From: Thiothrix sp.
GTDB lineage: Bacteria; Pseudomonadota; Gammaproteobacteria; Poriferisulfidales; GCA-002705445
Reading direction: 5' to 3'
Assembly (NCBI GenBank): GCA_038141665.1
Contig: JAYQIN010000002.1
Coordinates: 336,843-400,842, forward strand
Length of the DNA stretch: 64,000 bases
In this document: positions 49,470 to 58,374 of the stretch, one piece after another
How positions within the stretch are numbered: position 1 is the first letter of the stretch
Layout: each line of letters starts with the position of its first letter
Position numbers and translations under genes: made by a program
Notes under the pieces: generated by a model
What the model was told of the DNA's origin: nothing
The model's database searches: none
Seen by the model: the letters and a program-made list of their open reading frames with translations, nothing else

Positions 49470-50492
49470 TTATAAATAATCTCTAATTAATAATTCTGCT
49501 ATTTGCACACTATTATATGCAGCACCTTTTCTAATATTGTTGCTAACTACCCACATATTAATACCATTTGGTATAGAAATATCTTCTCTTACTCTTCCAA
49601 CAAAAACATCATTACTGTTTTCGCATTCATTTGCAGCACATGGATAACCGCCATCTTTATGATCATCGATTAAAACAATATCATTACTTTTATCCATAAA
49701 AATTTCTTGAACTTTTCTTGCTGTTATTTTTTCTGATAATTCTAGATGGATTGCCTCAGAATGACCATAAAAAACTGGTACTCTAACAGTTGTTGGATTA
49801 ACTTCAATTTTTTCATCTAATATTTTTTTTGTTTCCCATACCATTTTCATTTCTTCTTTTGTATATCCGTTATCCATGAATTTATCGATTTGTGGTATAA
49901 CATTAAAAGCGATTTGTTTTGGGTATACTTTACTTTCAATACTTTTATTTTCAACGTAAGCGCAAACTTGGTCATTAAGTTCCTTAATCGCAAGATTTCC
50001 TGATCCGGAAACTGCCTGATAAGTACAAACATTTACTCTTTTTATTTTACATACATCATGTATTGGTTTGATTGCAACAAGCATTTGAATGGTGGAACAA
50101 TTTGGATTAGCAATAATTCCAGTTTCACTATATTTTGATATTTCATCACCATTGACCTCGGGAACAATCAATGGAATATTTTTTTCATATCTAAAAAATG
50201 ATGTATTATCAATAACAATAGTGTTGTTTTTTGTCGCTATGCTTGCATATTTTTTTGATATTTCACCGCCTGCTGAAAAAAGTGCAATATCAACATCTTT
50301 AAAGTCAAATCCATCAAGTGAATTTATCTGATAATCGTTACTATTTATTTTAATTTTTTTTCCTTCAGATTTTTTACTTGCGAGCAAATATAATTTATTA
50401 ATTGGAAATTTTCTTTCTATTAATATTTTAATCATCATTTGACCGACAGCACCAGTAGCTCCGACAACTGCTATATTATATTTTTTGCTCAT
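49470..50492 (-). CDS. asd: Aspartate-semialdehyde dehydrogenase (short, Pseudomonas-type; Asd/Usg family)
   Basis: 340 aa with NAD-binding VVGATGAVG and the active-site Cys in IANPNCSTI. It lies downstream of leuB, the order I recall from Pseudomonas. Confidence 0.8.
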   Translation of the reverse strand: MSKKYNIAVVGATGAVGQMMIKILIERKFPINKLYLLASKKSEGKKIKINSNDYQINSLDGFDFKDVDIALFSAGGEISKKYASIATKNNTIVIDNTSFFRYEKNIPLIVPEVNGDEISKYSETGIIANPNCSTIQMLVAIKPIHDVCKIKRVNVCTYQAVSGSGNLAIKELNDQVCAYVENKSIESKVYPKQIAFNVIPQIDKFMDNGYTKEEMKMVWETKKILDEKIEVNPTTVRVPVFYGHSEAIHLELSEKITARKVQEIFMDKSNDIVLIDDHKDGGYPCAANECENSNDVFVGRVREDISIPNGINMWVVSNNIRKGAAYNSVQIAELLIRDYL

Positions 50493-51571
50493 TTTTTTTC
50501 ATCCATTAGTTTTTTAACAATAAGGTCACCCATAATTTCAGTTGAAATATATTCATTATTAATTGCTATGTCTTTAGTAAATTTCTTTTCATTTAAAACT
50601 AGTTTAACCGCGTTTAAAATACTATTATAAATATCATTTCTACCAAAAGTGTGCTGAAACATCATGGCTACAGACAAAATAGTTGCAATTGGATTTACTA
50701 TATTTTGTCCTGCAATATCTGGCGCTGACCCGTGTATTGGCTCGTAAACTCCAAAGTTAAATTCGTTTATAGATGCTGAAGGTAGCATTCCTATTGAGCC
50801 AGTTAAAACAGAAGCTATGTCTGACAAAATATCGCCAAATAAGTTTTCAGTGACCAATACATCAAATTGCTTAGGGTTTTGAACTAGTTGCATTGCAGCA
50901 TTATCTACATATAAATGAGATAACTTTACATCGGAATATTGTTTAGATATCTCTTTTGTAGTTAATCTCCATAATTGAGAAACTTCTAGAACATTTGCTT
51001 TATCTACAGAACATAATTTTTTATTTCTAATTCTAGCTAACTTAAATGCATAATCTGTGATCCTACTTATTTCAGATTTGCTATACCTCATCGTATTAAA
51101 AGCTTCAGTATTATCTTTATTAAAACCGCGAGGTTCACCAAAATAAAGCCCGCTAACCAATTCCCTTATTATTATAATATCTAAATTATCTATATATTCG
51201 CTTTTTATCGATGAAGAGTTTGATAATTCAGGAAAAGAAATTATAGGTCGAATATTAATAAATAAATTTAATTGTTTTCTTAATTCTAATAAACCTGATT
51301 CAGGCTTTTTCTCTTTTGGTAAATTATCATATTTTAATCCCCCAACGGCACCCAATAAAACAGCGTCAGAATTTTTTACTTTATTTTTAGTTTCTTCGGG
51401 ATAAGGGTTGTTGTATTCATCGACTGCAATACCGCCAAATAAAGCATCATCTATTTCGATATCTAATTCATATATATTAGAAATTACATTTATTACTTTT
51501 TTTGCTTCTTGGGTTACTTCAGGACCAACACCATCGCCAGGCAAAATTAATATTTTCATTTTATTGTTCAT
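50489..51571 (-). CDS. leuB: 3-isopropylmalate dehydrogenase
   Basis: 360 aa, isocitrate/isopropylmalate dehydrogenase family (NLFGDILSD motif). Confidence 0.92.
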   Translation of the reverse strand: MNNKMKILILPGDGVGPEVTQEAKKVINVISNIYELDIEIDDALFGGIAVDEYNNPYPEETKNKVKNSDAVLLGAVGGLKYDNLPKEKKPESGLLELRKQLNLFINIRPIISFPELSNSSSIKSEYIDNLDIIIIRELVSGLYFGEPRGFNKDNTEAFNTMRYSKSEISRITDYAFKLARIRNKKLCSVDKANVLEVSQLWRLTTKEISKQYSDVKLSHLYVDNAAMQLVQNPKQFDVLVTENLFGDILSDIASVLTGSIGMLPSASINEFNFGVYEPIHGSAPDIAGQNIVNPIATILSVAMMFQHTFGRNDIYNSILNAVKLVLNEKKFTKDIAINNEYISTEIMGDLIVKKLMDEKK

Positions 51572-52199
51572 TAAACAACCAAGGAGTTTTTAAAGATTTA
51601 TTATTTTCGTAATCTCTTATTTTATCACTTAACTTCAAAGTTTCTGATATATCATCTATGCCTTCAATAAGAACCTCTTTTCTTCGAGTGTCTATTTCAA
51701 ATTTAATTGTAAAATCCTTGCAATATATTGATTGATGTTCAAGACTCACAGTAAGCACGTTATTATTTTTATTAATATTTGTAACTATTTTTTCAATATC
51801 TTCTTTTTTTAGAACTATTGGTAAAAGTCCATTTTTAAAGCAATTATTATAAAAAATATCTGCAAAACTTGAAGATATGACTACATCAAAACCATAATCC
51901 ATTAAAGCCCAGACAGCATGCTCTCTAGAAGAACCGCAACCAAAATTATCCCCTGCAACTAAAATTTTAGCATTTTCATTTTTCTTATCATATAAAAAAA
52001 ACTCTGGATTTTTTTTTCTTTTGCTATGATCGTCACCTAAATTACCAGACTCTAAATACCTCCAATCATCAAATAAATTTTCACCAAAACCTTCGCGGGT
52101 TACTGCTTTAAGATACTGCTTAGGAATAATAGCATCAGTATCAATATTTTTTCTATCGATATAAGCTGCATTTGATTTTATTTCTCTAAATTTTTTCAT
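51561..52199 (-). CDS. leuD: 3-isopropylmalate dehydratase small subunit
   Basis: 212-aa LeuD-like aconitase swivel domain (GDNFGCGSSREHA). Confidence 0.92.
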   Translation of the reverse strand: MKKFREIKSNAAYIDRKNIDTDAIIPKQYLKAVTREGFGENLFDDWRYLESGNLGDDHSKRKKNPEFFLYDKKNENAKILVAGDNFGCGSSREHAVWALMDYGFDVVISSSFADIFYNNCFKNGLLPIVLKKEDIEKIVTNINKNNNVLTVSLEHQSIYCKDFTIKFEIDTRRKEVLIEGIDDISETLKLSDKIRDYENNKSLKTPWLFNEQ

Positions 52200-52202
52200 A
52201 TT

Positions 52203-53604
52203 TTATATATCTCTCACATCTACAAAATGGCCATATATAGCAGCAGCAGCAGCAGTAGCTGGACTAACAAGATGAGTCCTTCCTAACCTACCCTGCCTGC
52301 CTTCAAAATTTCTGTTTGATGTTGATGCGCATCTCTCATATTCATTTAACTTATCATCATTCATCCCTAAGCACATAGAACAGCCTGGGCTTCTCCATTC
52401 AAAACCAGATTTCGTGAAAATTTTATCTAATCCTTCATTCTCAGCTTTTTCTTTAACTAATCCTGATCCTGGAACTATAATCGCGCTTTTTATATTTTTT
52501 GCAATTTTTTTATTCTTTACTATATCAGCAACAATTCTTAAATCCTCAATTCTTGAGTTAGTGCATGATCCTATAAATATTTTATCTAACTTAATTGAGT
52601 TAACATTCTGCTTTTCTTTCAAACCCATATAAGAGAAAGCATTTTGTAAATCTTGTTTTTTTGCAAAAAAATCTCTCGTCATCTAAGTCTGGAAGATTTT
52701 CATCAATACCAACAGCCATTTCTGGAGAAGTTCCCCAAGTTAACATTGGGCTAGATTTATTCACATCTATATTTATAGTTTTATCATAAGCAGCGCCGCA
52801 ATCAGAAACTAAATTTCCCCAGTATTTTTTTGCTTCTTCAAAATCCTTACCTTTTGGAGAATACGGTTTATCTGCTACATAATTAATTGTTTTATCATCT
52901 ACAGCAACTAATCCAGTTGTGGCACCCGCTTCAATAGTCATATTACATAAAGTCATTCGCGCTTCCATTGAGAGGTGTGTTATTGCAGGCCCAGTATATT
53001 CTATTGCATACCCAGTTCCGCCAGCTGTACCAATTTTGCTTATTATTAAAAGCGCTAAATCTTTTGAGTAAAAATATTTTGGCATTGTTCCATTTACATT
53101 AATATTCATATTTAATGATTTTTTTTGAAGCAAGCATTGAGTGGCAAGCACATGTTCAACTTCAGACGTTCCAATTCCAAATGCAAGTGAGCCCAAAGCT
53201 CCATGAGTTGATGTATGCGAGTCACCACACACAACAGTCATACCAGGAAGTATTATTCCTTGCTCTGGACCAACTACATGGACAATGCCTTGCCTGTTAT
53301 CTTCTAGATCAAACTTTAATAAATTATTACTCTTACAATTTTTATTTAAAGCGTCTACTTGTATTTTTGAAATAGGATCTTTAATTCCATTTTCTCTCAT
53401 TATTGTAGGAACATTATGATCAGGGACTGCCATGATACTTTTTTTATTCCATATTTGTCTTTCAGCTTGCTTTAAGCCTTCAAAAGCTTGCGGAGATGTG
53501 ACTTCATGTATTAAATGCTTATCAATATAGATTAAATTGTAACCATTCTCATATGAATGAATATGATGTTCGTCCCAAAGTTTGTCATACAGTGTTTTTT
53601 TCAT
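52203..53604 (-). pseudogene. leuC: 3-isopropylmalate dehydratase large subunit, split by one frameshift that is probably a sequencing artefact
   Basis: The N-terminal ORF 52600-53604 ([15 protein letters not shown]..., aconitase family) and the C-terminal ORF 52203-52682 ([11 protein letters not shown]...) overlap across 52600-52682, a stretch containing T7 and A7 runs. Confidence 0.85.
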
Positions 53605-53617
53605 AATTTATATTTCT

Positions 53618-54814
53618 TTAAACGGATCTGTAATTAGATTTTACTAAGATAAACGACACAATAAAACCTAAAAAAGCAAATAATGACGCATATAAATATA
53701 CTGCAGATCCGCCAGATGTTTCCCAAAAATAGCCGCTGTAAAAGCTCCCAATTGATCCGCCTAAGCCAAAGCTAATACTGGAGTATAAAGCTTGACCTCT
53801 TCCTTGTAATTCCCCTGTAAAGTATTCATGTATTAAGGATATTGACACAGCATGATACATTCCATATGTAACAGCATGGAATAGTGTAGCGGCTGCAACA
53901 ATTATAATATTGTCTGCGAAAAATGAAATTAGTATCCATCTTATCGCTGCAAACAGAAAGCTAATAATAAATAAGTTTTGTAAACCATATTTAGGTATCC
54001 ATGAAGATATTTTCATAAAAATTAAAATTTCTGCAACCACACCTAAAGACCATATTGTTCCGATTAAATTAGTACTATAGTTATACTCCGACAAATAAAT
54101 TGCAAAAAAAGCATAAAAGGGTCCGTGACTTAATTGCATTAGAAAGCACGACAGTAAAATTCCAACTACTGCTGGTTTAAATGCTATGCTCAATAAAGAA
54201 TCATTGTGATTTTTTTTATCAATACCTGTGTTTTTAATTAATAAAGTGGTAGTAAAAGTAAAGAAAAGAAGAAATAAAATACAATTTGGCACTATACTTA
54301 TTCCAAAATGATTTGTAAGAAATGATAAAGATAAAACTGATAATATAAAACCTAAAGATCCCCACAATCTAATTTGACTATACTTATTATAAGACGAACC
54401 CAAGCTGTTCATAGTTACAGCCTCAAATTGCGGTAAAGAAGCATTCCAAAAGAAACTAAAAAGAAATATTAAAGCAACCATGTTTAAAAAACTTTCTACA
54501 GATGAAGCAAAAGCAAATATTACAAAACAACTTAATGTTCCAAACTGTATAACTCTATGTCTTAATCCAGTCTTATCTGCTATCCATCCCCATATGTTTG
54601 GCGCGATGATTTTTGTGCCAATCATTACTCCAGTAATAATACCAATTTCATAGGCTGAGAAATTTTTATAATTTAAATACAAAGGCCAAAATGGTAAAAA
54701 AGCTCCAAGAGCTGCAAAATAAAAAAAATAAAATGATGAAAGGTTTATGTATGACCTATCAAACATTATTGGAGCGTCTAATATATTTCCTTTATATATC
54801 TTATTTTTTTTCAA
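53618..54814 (-). CDS. MFS transporter, HcaT-like (MFS_1_like) family
   Basis: 398 aa, 12 TM, resembling the 3-phenylpropionate transporter HcaT (YFFYFAALGAFLPFWPLYL; IWSLGVVAEILIF). Confidence 0.7.
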   Translation of the reverse strand: MKKNKIYKGNILDAPIMFDRSYINLSSFYFFYFAALGAFLPFWPLYLNYKNFSAYEIGIITGVMIGTKIIAPNIWGWIADKTGLRHRVIQFGTLSCFVIFAFASSVESFLNMVALIFLFSFFWNASLPQFEAVTMNSLGSSYNKYSQIRLWGSLGFILSVLSLSFLTNHFGISIVPNCILFLLFFTFTTTLLIKNTGIDKKNHNDSLLSIAFKPAVVGILLSCFLMQLSHGPFYAFFAIYLSEYNYSTNLIGTIWSLGVVAEILIFMKISSWIPKYGLQNLFIISFLFAAIRWILISFFADNIIIVAAATLFHAVTYGMYHAVSISLIHEYFTGELQGRGQALYSSISFGLGGSIGSFYSGYFWETSGGSAVYLYASLFAFLGFIVSFILVKSNYRSV

Positions 54815-54903
54815 TTTAATTTCCTGTTAAGAATATTTAAAAACATAGCAAAAAAACTTGTTGTTATTATAGCGAATGAAAATGGCAGGGTTATCTTTAA
54901 AAA

Positions 54904-55971
54904 TTATAAATTTTGAGCTTTTTGCCTTAAAGCATGATCTATTATTACTAAAGCAAGCATTGCTTCTGCTATTGGTACAGCTCGTATTCCTACACAAGGA
55001 TCATGACGGCCTTTAGTGATTATCTTGGCATCTTTACCTTTATTATCAATAGTCTTACCTTCTAATCTAATACTTGATGTTGGCTTTATTGCGATACTTA
55101 CTTCTAAATCTTGACCTGAAGTGATACCACCCAAAGTGCCTCCAGAATTATTACTTAAAAACCCTTCTTTAGAATCAATTTCGTCTCTATGTTCAGTACC
55201 CTTTTGTGTAACTGACAAAAAACCAGCTCCAATTTCTACTGCCTTAACAGCATTTATACTCATCATAGCTTTTGCTATATCTGCGTCTATTCTGTCAAAT
55301 ACTGGCTCTCCCAAACCTGCGGGTACATTTGAAGCCATTACATTTATTCTTGCACCTATAGAATTACCTTCTTTCCTTAAAGCATCCATATAATCTTCGA
55401 GATCTTTGACTTTATCAATATCTGGAAAGAAAAAAGGATTTTTTTCAATTTCAGAAAAATTAATTTTTTCTGGCAATATTGGTCCAAGTTGCGCTACATA
55501 ACCTTGAATTTTTAAGTTAAAATTTTCTCTCAAATATAATTTTGCTATAGCGCCTGCAGCAACCCGCGTAGCTGTTTCTCTTGCTGAAGATCTTCCTCCA
55601 CCTTTGTAATCTCTTAGGCCATATTTTTGATCATAAGTTATATCTGCATGGCCTGGCCTATATAAATCTTTAATATCAGAATAGTCCTTACTTCTTGCAT
55701 CCTCGTTATAAATTATCAAACTTATTGGTGTGCCAGTAGATCTCCCCTCAAACACACCAGATAATATCTTAACAGAATCTGGTTCTCTTCTTTGAGAAGT
55801 ATGTCTTGTTTTTCCAGGTTTCCTTCTATCTAGATCTCTTTGAATATCTTCAATATCAATCTTGAGATTTGGTGGGCAACCATCTATTATACAACCTATA
55901 GCTTCACCATGGCTTTCACCATATGTGGTTACTTTAAATAATTGTCCGTGACTGTTTCCTGGCATACTCAA
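54904..55971 (-). CDS. aroC: Chorismate synthase
   Basis: 355 aa: [20 protein letters not shown] motifs. Confidence 0.95.
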   Translation of the reverse strand: MSMPGNSHGQLFKVTTYGESHGEAIGCIIDGCPPNLKIDIEDIQRDLDRRKPGKTRHTSQRREPDSVKILSGVFEGRSTGTPISLIIYNEDARSKDYSDIKDLYRPGHADITYDQKYGLRDYKGGGRSSARETATRVAAGAIAKLYLRENFNLKIQGYVAQLGPILPEKINFSEIEKNPFFFPDIDKVKDLEDYMDALRKEGNSIGARINVMASNVPAGLGEPVFDRIDADIAKAMMSINAVKAVEIGAGFLSVTQKGTEHRDEIDSKEGFLSNNSGGTLGGITSGQDLEVSIAIKPTSSIRLEGKTIDNKGKDAKIITKGRHDPCVGIRAVPIAEAMLALVIIDHALRQKAQNL

Positions 55972-56006
55972 TATTGTACCAAAAATAAGAGCTTTAATAA
56001 TAAAAA

Positions 56007-56879
56007 ATGAAAAAAAATTTAAAAAAACTTGTCAATCAATTCAAAATCACATTGTTTTACATAGCTCCTTTGCATTTTATATCAAGTCTAACCTTTAGAG
56101 CCTCTAGGATTGAGGATATCAATATTAAAAATTTTTTAATTAAGATATATATTTCTATTTTTAAAATTTCGCTTGACGAATATAAAATTAAAAATATCGA
56201 AGAATACAAATCTTTAAATGATTTTTTTACTAGGGAGCTTGATTTAACTTTTAGAAATAAACTAGACTCGTCAAATAATATTATTTCTCCATGCGATGGG
56301 ACAATTGCTGGTTATGGTGAAATAGAAGAAAATACATTTATTCATGCAAAAAAACAAAAGTACTCTGTTGCAGAGCTTATTAATGAAAAAAAGGATATTA
56401 TTAAAGAAGGTAATTTTATTAATATATATCTTGAGCCGAAAGATTGTCACAGAATATATATGCCATGTGACGCTTCTCTTAATAAGATTACTCACATACC
56501 GGGATCTTTATACAGTGTCGCACCTTATGCGACAAAAGGAATTAATAAGTTGTATTCAAAGAATGAGAGAGTAGTCTTAAATTTTTCGAATCAAAACTTC
56601 AATATGTATTTAGTAATGGTAGGAGCAGTCAATGTTGGCTGTATATCTTTATCTGATTATGGAATAGTTGCGCCCTCAAAGCAAAGGAGCAGTGTCATAG
56701 AATTTAAAGATAAAGATAATGTTAAGTATTATAAAAAAGGTCAGGAAATTGGGATGTTTAATCTAGGATCAACTGTCATTCTATTAATAAGTAAAATAGA
56801 TTCTCCTTGGTCTGAAAAAATGGGAGTAAATAAAAAAATATTAATTAGAGATGAGATTTTAAAGCCGGCTAATTTTTAA
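56007..56879 (+). CDS. psd: Phosphatidylserine decarboxylase proenzyme
   Basis: 290 aa with the pyruvoyl-forming LGSTV cleavage motif and FNEFF-like region. Confidence 0.88.
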   Translation: MKKNLKKLVNQFKITLFYIAPLHFISSLTFRASRIEDINIKNFLIKIYISIFKISLDEYKIKNIEEYKSLNDFFTRELDLTFRNKLDSSNNIISPCDGTIAGYGEIEENTFIHAKKQKYSVAELINEKKDIIKEGNFINIYLEPKDCHRIYMPCDASLNKITHIPGSLYSVAPYATKGINKLYSKNERVVLNFSNQNFNMYLVMVGAVNVGCISLSDYGIVAPSKQRSSVIEFKDKDNVKYYKKGQEIGMFNLGSTVILLISKIDSPWSEKMGVNKKILIRDEILKPANF

Positions 56880-57438
56880 CTCTAGAAGAATATTCTTTTG
56901 ATCTTGTATCAACTTTTATCATATCACCTTCGTTTATAAACAGTGGCACTTGAATTGTTACTCCTGTTTCAAGTCTTGCAGGCTTTGTTGCCTTGGATGT
57001 TGTATCGCCTTTCAATCCTGGCTCTGTATGCTCTACAATTAACTCTACAAATATAGGTAACTCCAGACCTATTGGAACACTATTAAAAAAAGTTATTGAG
57101 CATATTTCTTCTCCTTTAAGCCACGCGGAATTATCACGAAGCAATTCATGATCTAATGATATTTGGTCAAAAGTATCCGTATCCATGAAAAAATAATTCG
57201 AATCATCACTATAAAGATATTGCATCTCAGAGACCTGAATATCTGCCGCATCTAAACTTTCTCCAATCTTTAAAGTTTTTTCAATTATTCTTCCGTTACT
57301 AAGATTCTTTAATTTTATCTTACTAAATGCTTGGCCTTTGCCAGGCTTATGAAATGAATTGTCTATAATTTCGAAAGGATCATCATTAATTAAAACTTTT
57401 AAGCCATTTTTAATATTACTTGTATTGTATGTCGACAT
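56869..57438 (-). CDS. efp: Elongation factor P
   Basis: 189 aa. The KPGKGQAF loop carries the modified Lys34. Confidence 0.95.
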   Translation of the reverse strand: MSTYNTSNIKNGLKVLINDDPFEIIDNSFHKPGKGQAFSKIKLKNLSNGRIIEKTLKIGESLDAADIQVSEMQYLYSDDSNYFFMDTDTFDQISLDHELLRDNSAWLKGEEICSITFFNSVPIGLELPIFVELIVEHTEPGLKGDTTSKATKPARLETGVTIQVPLFINEGDMIKVDTRSKEYSSRVKN

Positions 57439-57445
57439 ATAAAAC

Positions 57446-58327
57446 CTAGCTATTTCTTAATATTGATTCAATTCTAGATTCTATAGAAGGATGACTGCTA
57501 AATAAACTTTTGTATGATTTACTTTTCTGTCCAGATATTCCAAAAGCGGCCATTTGATCAGGTAGAGCTTGAGGCGATCTTACAGATAAAGTTTTTAAAG
57601 CTGATATCATTTTATTTGCACCAACAAGCTTTGATGCAGATAAATCAGCCGCATATTCTCTTTTTCTTGAAAACCACATAACTATTATACTTGCAAGGAT
57701 AGATAATAGAATTTGAGCAATAATACTTGTTATATAATAAGCTGGGCCATGACCTCTTTGAACTTTAAATACAATTCTATCAACAAGATGACCTATTACT
57801 CTTGAAAAGAAAATAACAAATGTATTTATAATTCCTTGTATCAATGTCATTGTTACCATATCTCCATTTTTTATATGAGCTATTTCATGAGCTATAACAG
57901 CTTCAATTTCATCCTTGTTCATGTGATTGATTAGCCCAGTGCTTAAGGCAACCAAAGAATTATTTTTAGATGCTCCAGTAGCAAAAGCATTTAATTGTTG
58001 TGAATCAAAAATTCCAAATTCAGGTGTTTTTATATTAGATTTTAAGCTAATATCATCTAATATTTTTAGGAGCCATTTTTCTGTTTCATTATTACCGCTT
58101 TTAATAAGCCTGACACCCATACTTCTTTTAGCTACCCACTTAGACATAAGTAGTGAAATAAATGACCCGGTAAATCCAATGATAGCTGATATAAATAATA
58201 AAGAATTAAGATTGAGATCCACGCCATTACTCTGAAGAACACCATCTATTCCAAATACGGACATAGTTATACTCAACACCAAAAGTATTGCAATATTTGT
58301 TCCTAAAAAAAGTGCTATTCTAAGCAT
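57446..58327 (-). CDS. htpX: Membrane zinc metalloprotease HtpX
   Basis: 293 aa with TM helices and the HEIAHIKNGD (HExxH) motif. Confidence 0.92.
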   Translation of the reverse strand: MLRIALFLGTNIAILLVLSITMSVFGIDGVLQSNGVDLNLNSLLFISAIIGFTGSFISLLMSKWVAKRSMGVRLIKSGNNETEKWLLKILDDISLKSNIKTPEFGIFDSQQLNAFATGASKNNSLVALSTGLINHMNKDEIEAVIAHEIAHIKNGDMVTMTLIQGIINTFVIFFSRVIGHLVDRIVFKVQRGHGPAYYITSIIAQILLSILASIIVMWFSRKREYAADLSASKLVGANKMISALKTLSVRSPQALPDQMAAFGISGQKSKSYKSLFSSHPSIESRIESILRNS

Positions 58328-58374
58328 ATTAAAAAATTAAATTTATTATTAAAAATATAATATTATATTAAATA

